Assembly (NCBI GenBank): GCA_047495785.1
Contig: JBLDXI010000038.1
Location: 1-64,000 of the forward strand
DNA: 64,000 bases
Direction of reading: 5' to 3'
From: Lepidodermella squamata
Lineage: Eukaryota; Animalia; Gastrotricha
Position numbers and translations under genes: made by a program. Position 1 is the first letter of the stretch, and every line of letters starts with the position of its first letter. Under the pieces are notes generated by a model. That model searched no databases and was not told where the DNA came from. It saw only the letters and a program-made list of their open reading frames with translations. Of this stretch, positions 12,927 to 23,911 are shown in pieces.

Positions 12927-14275
12927 TCATCCGTTTCCAGCGTTATTAAACATATGAGTGATGTTTTTGTAAGACATCTCGAATTCCTGATTAGACCTAT
13001 GCGACCTGGGCAGGCCTGTTCTAGGCAATGGCATTTCGCCTGGCGGACGTGATAAATGCGTTCTTGCTATCGTGTTCGCATAACGCGCTAATAACTTGGG
13101 TGAACCATCTGACGTGTGACTTTCACGAACACTCCTCGAAATTCCCTCGTGGCGCCTGATTCGCTGGCTCTGCGTCAGCTCTTCCTCAGGGTCGAAAGAA
13201 TCGAAATCGAAGCTGGTTGATATTCTAGCGTCGACTTCGCCGTTAGAAATTGACGACGAATCTATCGTCAGATCTGGGTTAGAAAGTTGATCGATGGGCG
13301 GTAACATCGCAACATTCAGCGGTGACATGGGTGTTATGACATGAGTCAGCCGTGATAACCGCGGCAATGGCGGGCCTTTTACGCGTGGTATTAGTGAGTC
13401 AATGTTTGGTAAATTGTCTACTGGTGACGAAGGTTGAGTAGGTTGATCTGGCTGTTGCGGTGATTCAGTCGCCGTAGCAGCCTCGGCCTCTCGTTTCCTC
13501 CTCGCTCTTTTCCGACATTTCACGCAAACGCAAATGCAGGCAAAAATAACGAGGAAAAAGGCAAAAACGGCATAAGCAGCTAGAAAAACCAGCCAATTGA
13601 CTATGCAGTAGTAATTCCGGTCGCTTGAGAAACAAACAGATTTCGAAGTATCGCAGTTTCGGCAAAGCGAGAGAACTAAGACTGTTAAATTAAGGTGTTG
13701 TTCTTCTGCCGATTTTTCGATAAAAGCTTGCACTGAACCAGTTGTAGTTGTCTGTTTCTTGTAATAAAATACCGCTAAGGCGAGAACATGAGGTTTTGCC
13801 GCGTCTGAAAACGAAAGCACTTCAACGGCCCGACATTCATGGCTAGGATCGTAGCGGCAAAGAGAAGCTATTGTTTCGGTGTAGTTGCCATGGAGGTAGA
13901 AGCAGGATTCCTGCATAAAAATCGTTCCATTCAATAAACAATCGTTCCACTCAAACTTTTCGTTTGTAGACATATTTTCAATGAGCGTAATTTCAGTATG
14001 AAACGGCATAAAACCAGCATATTTCGAATCTAAAAAAAACGGAAGTTCGAACGATATCTTCGAAAAGAAGCGATATACCCACCTGTTCTTTCTATTGAAC
14101 TGAATGAGATTGGGATATTTTGAGGCTGAATATGATTGTAGCTTCTGTTGTTTCTTTCGCTTGCAGATTGAGGAAATGATGATGTAAAACTGAGGGTCGG
14201 CATGAGATTCACGGCAGTAAATGTTAGCAAAATTTGACTAAGGCGTGTTAACCTCGATAGATTGTTCGAAAACAT
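12927..14275 (-). CDS. Single-pass membrane protein of unknown family (2 exons)
   Basis: Hydrophobic N-terminus and Cys-containing ectodomain. TM WLVFLAAYAVFAFFLVIFA is followed by CICVCVKCRKRARRKR and a Pro/Ser-rich tail. The ~14030-14082 intron keeps frame. Confidence 0.75.
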
Positions 14276-15484
14276 GGACTTGCTAGCTTGTAACCAGAAA
14301 ACGTGCGCCAAATCTCATATTGCAGATGGCAGCGATGGGTGGCAATAAAGATAATTGTTTGCCACTGTAAGTTTTTTCGGAAGCTGATATTTGCGTTAAA
14401 ATTGTTGTATGAGCGTTTCTCCAGAATTCGCTTTCCTGTCACGCCTATGTTTACGCTGATTGAGCGCAGCCGCGCACAATTTTTTGTCGTCGCAAATACG
14501 AGCGATAAGAAAATTGCTCAGAGGGTATAGATTGAGCTGTAAACTTAATGTAGAATTCTCAGAAACAATACTGGCTTATCAGCATTGGCCCATATACCAG
14601 CCTAGTTTTTCACTTAATCAGACTGAACAGGCGTGTCAAGTCTAACTAGGGGCGTAACCTTTTTCGCCACGCCCATTGAACTTATCTGGCCAGAATGTTC
14701 TCGCCGCGTTTTGCGACTCGCTCGTGAGTCATTTCTTCGACTCATGATCAGCCGTTATATGACCAATCAAGTATCAACAACGAGTAATATAATATCGTGT
14801 ATTTGATGCGGAACTCAAAAAGATAAGGAACCGCAGACATTTCGTTCCAACTCGAACTTCCGTAAAACAATTCACTGAAATTCCTCTCCCGCATCTTTTG
14901 ACTAAACTTCGCCAATTTCAAATCCTCTCTTTTGGTATATCCTATATAGGTAATATTTTCAATCTTATAGCTATTCGATATTCGATATGTCGTATTTGAA
15001 TTTCCCTTTTTATATTCGAACCCTCAAAAATGATATAAAAGCCGATTTTCAAACCGATTGGCGATTTTCGCTAAAGTAAGTCCCAAATCTCTCTCCTCAC
15101 CTCACCTGAAAGGAACAAGCCTTTTATTTATACCTAATATCATGTAAAATAGGTTCACGGGTAATCTCGGTTCTTTTTGAGTAGATGTCATTGATGCGCT
15201 TACAAAAAATGCATTCATAATCAATATACGCCGCAGGTCATCACACCGTTTGAGTATGGAAAAAGCGACGACTCGTGCGTGCATTGGAATCGGGTCGTCT
15301 CATAGCAACATCACCTTTCCATGCACATGTACAATGCTGCCGTTGCATTGATGCCCCAAAAAAGCAAACATGGTAGACTAAAATCTATACTCAATGACAA
15401 TCAGGCAGAAGCTTATAATACACGCTTGCATTCACAACACTTTCAGGTCTAAAATATTTTGACAAACTAGATTTTAAGATAACA

Positions 15485-17055
15485 ATGGCTATGAGTGCAG
15501 CCGCATTTTCGCCGCGTGTCCAGCAGGTATCAGCGGCTAAGTGCCAGACCATCTACGCACCAGTTCCGCCAAAAGATGCAAGCCACGCGAAATCTCTGGA
15601 ATTCGTTCGAGCTCATCGCATTGTTTGTCTACCAGTCAATAAATGACTCTTTGTAATTTGCTATTTTTTCTCTGTAAATTTCTAGATTAGCAGCGTTACT
15701 GCCGATCATGTGCGAGACATTCGCCTGTTAGACCACACATCTGTAGGTTTGACGCTGCCCAAAAAGCAACGGGATAAAGGCAGCATGGCCAGCGTACATC
15801 GGGCGAAAAGTCCTCTGTTGAAGAAAAGCAACACTTCCGTCAGCTTTATAATCGCCGGCGATGAGGCATTTAAAGCTGTCAACTCGAAACCGAATACGTC
15901 TGAGGGACGTCTAGACGTGCCGACTCCGACGCCGTCTAGCGCGGCGAAGAAGCGCGTAGCCGGGTTTTTGCTGATTCGCGAGAAGGAAGGAGTCATCGAA
16001 ATCGGTGGTAGATCGTCGTCTCGAGCTTCGGCGAGCAGCCGTCAGCATGCCATGATTTCTCCCCAGCCTCCACCAGCAACTGTCGCTACGGCAGGGCGTA
16101 AAAGCCCAGCTTCGCAGGTCGTTTCACCTGGACCTTTTTATTCACCATGTCGAGGAACGATAAAACTATCAGCTCATAATCGGCAGGTATATACGCCGAA
16201 TCGGATAAGAATGAATCATATGATGAACAGCCCTGGCGGAGCCGAAGCCAATGATCATCTTCTTCAACATAACCCGCTTGAGGTAGGCTAATAACAGCAC
16301 TCAAATAGTTCCGCGGCTTGACAAGAAAATCGAAACAAGAAAATATATAAAATAGGCATTTAGTTTTCCATATTAGCTATTTCTTTCGTCCAAAATTCTC
16401 CATCGTCGATATGAAATTTTCGTACGAATTTCAGCCCTCAAATTTATAAAAATCCTTTTCTCATATAATAATGTTTATTCGGCTAGCGCGGACCTACCCC
16501 ACAAGACGGCTATCAGGTGAACTTCGAGCTCCTAGACCCCGTAGAATTTTCACCTATAAATTATTTTTTATTTTCCGAAAACTATTTTGACAGCATTTCT
16601 TTAATAAGCATTTTAAGTCATGTAAATTTATCAATTTTCAGCCGCGAAGTTCGACGCCAATGACAGATTTAGCGCAAGGCTCAGTTCCCGATGTATCAGC
16701 CACGAATGATCCTAGTCTACTTGTCATGGGAATGAACAACGGCGGCTCGCCTCTCCCTATGTTGATCGAAGCATCTGAGACCGAATCCACTCAAAATCGA
16801 ACTCAAAACCTCGAAACAGGCGAAAACGGGCAAGAAGAGCTGGTAGCAAAACCTGCGCCTCAGCAGCGAATGAAATTGCCAAGCCATCAACACATGCAGA
16901 ACAACATGCGTATGATTATCAACGATGCCTTTCTCCCTCGAGACAACACCGGGGGCTGGATGTTTCGCCAAAAATGGCTTCGGTTATTCGCTCGAAATGG
17001 CGCCAACGGCCTGGCATATGCTTACTCTTCAAAGCTGCAAAACTCTTTCTCGTGA
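15485..17055 (+). CDS. Uncharacterised Ser/Pro-rich protein (3 exons, ~380 aa)
   Basis: ORFs 15710..16291 and 16660..17055 join in phase 0 via GAG|gtagg (16283) and tttcag| (16641). A first exon starts at ATG 15485. Confidence 0.6.
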
Positions 17056-17529
17056 AACTTCTCAAAATAATAGGCAATTTTTTAACGTTTTCTGATAAAT
17101 TGTGATAACTTCAACGCCAAGCACAACCCTATACTGCTGTGGAACTGAGCTCTGATTTGCTTGAAATAGCTAAACATTTATCAATCTGTTTTAGGTATTA
17201 GTGGTCGGTTAGATCGGAGCTCAATTCTTCGCGTTTCTAACCCCGCTTTAAATCTCCACTTTCAAAGATCTCATCTGTTATTTAATCCCGTTTTAATTTT
17301 TCCGAAATCTGAACATCTGAACATTTTCTGGCGTCATTTAAAACTTTTTTATTTTCTATTTTTTAATGATATACTGTGCTGGCGCGCCAATGAAAACCAA
17401 ATAAAATAACGAATTGCTTCTTCAATCTTATTTACGGGCAGTGAGTGAAGGTAATCATTTCACGGGACTCATCTTTTGCGAACAAGTTTGACAGAAAATA
17501 TAAAATGAAATCAGCTGATTCATGAACGT

Positions 17530-18515
17530 TCAATCGGCGAAGTGAAGATTGCCATTCTCGTGACAGCTGCCAATGTCGTTGAGGATGTCATCGATAGCGG
17601 CGCCAGCCAGTGCCGACAGCAAAGCATCGCATTTCACTGGCACATTGCCGAAGAGCTGTTGCGACGCGCCACGGATGCGATGCCGAGCGCCGATGAAAGC
17701 TGCTGCTGCTTCTTGTGGCGTCAGTGGTTCTGATACAAAAAAGTGGCAGATGTCAGACATGCCGGTTATGTATCGCCAAACCACCTGAAACACAGAACAA
17801 GAATTAGTTCAAAATTTACCAATTAATGATTCGAATGATTCGTTCAGCAAGGGCACCGAAAATTGTAACTTTATGAAGGATGGCATTCGAGAAAGCCTCT
17901 ATTATATACATTTCTACATAGAAAGCTGATTGCAGAGCTTACATCCCAATTTTATAAAAGCATTAACCAGAACGCGATGGCATGAGATTCGAAATTTCTA
18001 GAGATTTAAAGTTGGCATCTGAAAATTCTGAATTTTTAATTTTTTAATTACCAGTTATTTTTTAATTATTTAGCGTTCTATTCTTGATCTATTTGGACTC
18101 TTTAGTAAGAACTACAAAGATAATTCTACATAGTTAACAAAACTGCGACGAAATTATGCCCTTATAATAATTTGATGGTTCAACTTACTGCTGAATTGGT
18201 ATTGCACGTCGATGGTGGGCCGATCGAGAAGGTCGGGAAAGCTGGTACACTCTCTACTCGAGGCGATACTCCGGGTGATGCGGCAAGACCGACGTGTAAA
18301 ACCCCCGGCGAGCCGAACGGGATGTTATTGACGATGCGAGGCAGCTTCCGAATTTCAGACGAAATCAGCGCTGCAGATGCGACGGTGTTTGCCATTATCG
18401 GGCGGAAGTAGAGCTGCATTAGGTAACAGCTTTTACCGGGTGAGTCTTGGCTAAGTTTGAGGTAGTCGTTCAAGTCCGTTGCCCGGATGAAAAAAATTGA
18501 CTCGGGGAAAGACAT
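17530..18515 (-). CDS. Uncharacterised ~190 aa protein (2 exons)
   Basis: ORF 18180..18515 ends in a gtaag donor and joins ORF 17530..17793 at a tttcag acceptor in frame. Confidence 0.55.
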
Positions 18516-19784
18516 TTTGTTTTGAAGAACAGATTGTCCTTATAAAGCTCTACACATGCATGAAACAAAAAATGTCTCTCGCTGCTGGCATATGGTAAGT
18601 ATATATTGAATATAATTTTTGCGGGAAAAAAATCCAATGAAATATTCTTTTGACGCAACGTTCGTGTATTGATTGACCTGAGCGCGTAATTCGGTCGGTC
18701 GCTTAGAGCTTTAAGACGACCGCACACCTAATATCGGGTTCGCCCATTGACGCCAAAACCCGTTCTCGCCAATCTGTCGATTATTTTCGCCCCTATTCAT
18801 CATCAAGGCCTTGTAGTAAGGCGATGGTTAAAAGCATGAGGACGGAATAGATTAATCGCTTTGCGCATCACAAGGTGTTCACATCATTAAAATACTTACT
18901 GCGTATATGCTAGGTAGAGGTATATATTAGGCGAGGTAGGAATATGCCGCATCTTTCAAAAAGCCTTGCCAAACACGTGAGCAGCAGAGGGATGAATAAA
19001 AGCTCGATGCAAACGTTTCAACGTTAGCGGCGTCAGGCTAATAAAAGGCGCATCGTTTTTTTTTCTTTACGTTTCAGCGCCGTTTTGCCATTACTTCCGG
19101 TAGCCCTGTGCGAGCTGGCTGGGCACGTAAAGATATAACCATGCCAGCGCAATAGTTTTTCTAGCCTATAATGTTTTATGTAGAGTCTAGGAGAGGAAGC
19201 TATCAAGACCGCGCCTTAATAAACAAATGAAGCCTAAAAATAATGCTAGAAAAAACCGCAAGTGTTTGCTCGCATTTAATATGTCATACCATATTCATAA
19301 TCCCTCTTGAAAAGTCTATCATTGATGTGAATGGACAATTGTTACCAATCATAGAAGAGGTATTATAAAGCCATTGTCATTCACATTTTAGGTGGAAAAA
19401 ACTTGTTTTAGCTGCAGCTGATCAATCGATTATGGCGTCGCAAAGAGTACAGTAAATATCCCTAGGGATCGTGATTTTCGATTATACTGCACGTATGATC
19501 AGGCAATAACCTCAACTCCTTGAACTCGTACTGAAAATAGTCGGAAATTCGAGAAAAACAAACACATTTTACAAAAGCGACTTTAGTTTATTGTGAATTA
19601 GCGCACATGACGATGAGGGGATTTTTTTGATTTATCAAAAACTTGCAGAACAGCGGTATATCAAACGGATAAAATTGAGCGCGAAACAACTGCTTATTCA
19701 GCCTTATAGAAAATCGAAGCTACACTGGATGATATTGTGATAGTATTTCGGACATCAAAAGTTCGATTTTCTTGAATTGGATGC

Positions 19785-20282
19785 TTATTTCTTGCCAATA
19801 CCAACGCCGGGAACCATGCCCATACCGCCAATTGGCATGCCACCGATGGGAACACCACCCATACCGCCCATACCGCCCATACCGCCGTAGCCAGCAGCCC
19901 ATGGGACAGCGAAGTTGGCCGGAGTGTAGCACTGAAGCAGGTAGAGCGAAGTGAATTGACAGCAGACAGTGGTCTGGGGCATGTTGTTGAGGAAGGTGCA
20001 GTGGAAGGCCGGTCGCTCAGTCGGTCCCATGGGAGTCCAGACCATAGCTCGGTCATCAGAGGTCTCCTTGAGTTCAGCCAGCAGACGATTCTTGGTTTCC
20101 TCGTCGAGATCGCGAGAGGCCGCCGTTCCAGCAGCAGTATTCTCAGTGCCCGTGTTGGTGGCCGTGTTGCTGGCAGTATTTTCAGCTACGTCAGCAGCAG
20201 CGCTCTTGTCGGCTTCCGCTTCCAGATCGCGGCACATAACCAACGGCAAGGCAATGAGCAGGAAAAAAGCCAAGGTGTTCAT
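19785..20282 (-). CDS. Small secreted prepropeptide: signal peptide, acidic pro-region, C-CC-C domain, (GGM)n tail, terminal GKK
   Basis: Signal MNTLAFFLLIALPLVMC. ATG directly follows a splice acceptor. Coding region is GC-rich relative to flanks, with a TATA box upstream. Confidence 0.8.
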   Translation of the reverse strand: MNTLAFFLLIALPLVMCRDLEAEADKSAAADVAENTASNTATNTGTENTAAGTAASRDLDEETKNRLLAELKETSDDRAMVWTPMGPTERPAFHCTFLNNMPQTTVCCQFTSLYLLQCYTPANFAVPWAAGYGGMGGMGGMGGVPIGGMPIGGMGMVPGVGIGKK

Positions 20283-20426
20283 CTGTAGAAAAAAGTAGGA
20301 TTTAAACACAGCTCGAAAGCAGCAACAAACTGCAAACAGACCTTCGATTGTTAAAAGGCTTGAAACTGTAAGTATAAATTGTATTGAGGCAGTGAGCGCT
20401 GATTGGAAACCTGCCCAGGGCTGGTG

Positions 20427-20433
20427 TTATATA
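20427..20433 (-). promoter_or_regulatory. TATA box (TATATAA) of the secreted prepropeptide gene
   Basis: TATATAA on the minus strand, about 28 bp upstream of an Inr-like TCAG near 20402. Confidence 0.5.
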
Positions 20434-20792
20434 CTGCGAAAAATGGCGGGCAGCAATGGCGCCCGTCTCGTAACACGTGCTTAGAGTCAATAGAATCGCG
20501 CGCCGATGTCACCTTATCGCGTGCCCAGGGCGCCCGGTTGTGTGTGCTCACACAGGGCCCGCCGTCATCCGCATGGCGAGCACACGCAAAAGTCATAGCT
20601 AAGTCTTCGAGCAAACAGGAAGCGATTACATTAGCAGAGATAACGTTTTCTCTAGCTGAAACTTGAGCCAAATAATATTGTGTGGAAGTAGGAGCTGAAA
20701 CCCAATTCCTAATGAGAACAACATCTTCAAAAATTTCAAAAATTTCGAGGCGAATTTATTTAAACGAAAATATATCTGAAAATTGATGCAAG

Positions 20793-21563
20793 TTAAATAT
20801 TTTTCGTTCTTTGGAACGGCCGCCTAACGTTAGCTTGAGATAGAAGGTATTCAACAATGTCATCGTAACCCTCTTCATCGGCAAGTTGAAGCGCTGATTT
20901 GCCACGTCGCTGCCACGCGTCCATATCTGCGCCATGTTCGACGAGCTCCTGAACGACGCGGAGATGCCCGTGAAATGCAGCCAATGTCTATTATTAGATT
21001 TGATTTCAATAAAACATTCGAAATTATTGGAAAATTATTTACCAGAGCAGTATCGCCATAAACTCGAGTTCGCACATCTACATCGGCACCAGCGTCTACA
21101 AGCACGCGGACTACGTCAGCATTCCCCGCTCGAGCTGCCCAAATCAGGGCCGTTCCGCCATCAAGGCAGCGAGCATCCAAATCAGCGTCATATCGTTCGA
21201 CGAGTAATTTTACTGTTTCTATAGCGCCTTTGCAAGCGGCGCAAATCAGAAGCGTCGCTTGTTTGTACGAGCAACATGATCGCAACTGTACATTAACGGA
21301 TATTTCCCCGGTTTCTAATATTTGGTCAACTTTAGCCGCATCGTCTGCTTCGAGAGATTCGAGCAACGCGGCGATTTTTGCTATGAAGCAATTCTTGTCT
21401 CCTATAAAAACCTGCAGCTAATAAAACTAAAATCTGCCTTAACAATGGCGAAAGAGTTACCTGCGTCGCAAGCTCCGAGATTTTCCGAACTGATCACACT
21501 GTTGAAAATAACCGCAGATAACAGTAGAAGAAGTTCACCCGTAAATCTGCGAATTGGAAACAT
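20793..21563 (-). CDS. Ankyrin-repeat protein (about 4 repeats) with predicted signal peptide (3 exons)
   Basis: ANK consensus GGTALIWAARAGNADVVRVLVDAGADVD and TALTLAAFHGHLRVVQELVEHGAD. First exon MFPIRRFTGELLLLLSAVIFNSVISSENLGACDAG splices in frame. Confidence 0.8.
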
Positions 21564-22030
21564 GATAATCTCATATACTATAACGTTGTATTCATAACTG
21601 TATTTTCAAGCCTGCTCATGTACGTGGTGTACGTAAACAGCACAGAGCCGCTCTGAATGCACTATTTTCTACCGGGTATTTTTGTATTCCGACATGAATA
21701 GCCATTGGTGAGTTATAGGAATGAATAATAATAATAATACGTGGATGCGCCGAAAAAGCATGGGCAGCTGGTGCAAGCATCATTATACTACAACTGCGAA
21801 GGACTGCTGGCTGCAATTCGCACTGACGAGCGTTGATTTCCGCTATTCGAGGCTAAAAACTGAAGAGTCCTGGTTAAAGCTTTGCGAGCTACTGAAAATT
21901 CATGAAACTATATAATTAAAAATCGGAGCTAAATTTGTATCGAATTTCTATTAGCCGAAGTTCGATTTGAGTTGAAACCACACCCAAAATTGGCGAAAAG
22001 CTTTATTCAAGTCATATCTGTGCCGATATC

Positions 22031-23638
22031 TTAATCACAGCATCGTTTGCATGACTTTGATGAGCCCAATAGGTTTTGGGAAGAAATTTTAAATTGCCTG
22101 GAACTGGCCTGGAAGCAGGCCCCGGCTGGGTAGCCGAATGACTCGCGATCGGTATCGCCGTAAGCATAGGCTTGTAGCTTCACCGTATCGTCTTGGTGCT
22201 TGAGCTTGAACTCATCGATAGCTTGGTCTAGCCTAACATAGCCGCCAATATAGCCGTTCGAAGTTGGAATAGGTTTCCAGTTTACCCCGCTCAAAGGCTA
22301 TAAAAACAATTACGAAAGTAAATAGTTGAACTTCGAAAACACCCGCTCATACCTTGCCATTAAGAACCAAGCCGTTCTCCTGGCCCTCCGGAACGATAAT
22401 AGTCAGGTACTTCGTGTAAGCTCCAGCAACGCCCGCAGGCGTGATGAAGTGGAAGTTGGAACTAAATGCATTTGTAGGGACGCAAACTGTCATCGATGGA
22501 TCTCCCCAGGCAATTGGTTTGTTTTCACTTGTTATGGTAGCACTTCGCGAAAATTGGTGAACCTGAATAGGCTGGTTTGCAGAAATATGCATCCATTCGT
22601 TGACATTCGTAGCTTGAAACCGAACACTCTCGCCTGAGCTGAGGCTGTATTGACGAGATTCTGCGACGGTTGAATCTATTTTGACGGTGGTTCCATCTTT
22701 AGATGCGGTTATTACCCACACATCTTCGTGGCCATCAAGTCGGTTCGGCGTAGGCCATGCCAAACAATCACTGTGCCACCTTTCGATGGGGTGCAGTTGT
22801 TCAACGAGGTGATCTCTAGATTCGGAAACCCCAACCGAAGCTCGCGGGTTGCCAGACCAAACTGCAATCTTTCGCCCATCAAGTTCCTCGATGAGGGCCC
22901 CGGTTAAATCACATACGTCTTGAATTTGCACGGCTTGAAATTGCCGAAGCGTTATTTTAAACGAATCCCCATTGTCTTTTCGAAGCTGACAATCAGCACC
23001 CTCAGGTGGCACTGGAGCAACTTTATAGCTACTCCTAATTGCCCCCGGTTTCGGTAAAGTGATTCTCACCACGGTTTTCTCATCATTTTCCGCTGCAGCT
23101 ATTACCAATTGACAATTCGTTGACGAAGGGAAGTGGCAAACAGCGTGATACTTGCTCCCCAAAGATCTTGTTGGAACAGCTAGAAACCCATCGGCTGAAA
23201 ACAGCTCCTTATTTATTCCAAACAATCCGAATCTTTCACTTGAAAACAATTTTATCGCCTTGGCTTCGACTATCATGCCGGAGATGCTTTGATCTGTGAT
23301 CTGCCAGTGTCGGTCATTGTTAGAGAATATGGAAATTTTGATCTTTTAGTTACCTTGAATTCAGTGGATACGAGGATTTTCTCAACGCTACCAGGTCTGA
23401 CACTGAAAGTGGAATTTTTCTGGAAGGTTGCCATGCTTTGGCTGACTTCCATGGCCACAGAAATCGCCCGATCAGCCTCGTTAGTTAGCCATATTTCCCC
23501 CGGATATCTCTTCGGCTCAGCTGCGCGATTGGCCATGAAAGCAACTATAAATTCCTCTCCCCGACTCGAACAGGAAAAATCTACTTGTCCGTTAACAATC
23601 ACAAGCAAGAAACACTCGATAGCTATTAGCAACAACAT
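22031..23638 (-). CDS. Secreted IgGFc-binding protein N-terminal-domain protein (short paralogue, 3 exons)
   Basis: Signal MLLLIAIECFLLVIVNG. Family motifs SRGEEFIVAFMAN, SADGFLAVPTRSLGSKY, DLTGALI, RDHLVEQLHP, GDPSM, YAYG..RESFGYPAG. Confidence 0.88.
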
Positions 23639-23911
23639 TCGAAACCTCTCTGATACCAACAAATGAAATCAAAGTAAAAGGAAAATTAGGCTCATCAGCT
23701 TTTGGCGAGTTTTATTTCAGAAATAATAATCAATTTTTATAATAAGCTGCTTGCCTGTAAGCTAGGCGGCGGCGAGACGCCAACATCTGCTAAAAGCTAT
23801 TATTACCGTAATGAAGAAGTACCAACAGTCTATTAGATTATTGAGTCCACGACTCTAACAGTGCGCACACGTTGAAGAAAATGAGCAGCAATGATGCATA
23901 GTTTGCCAGTT

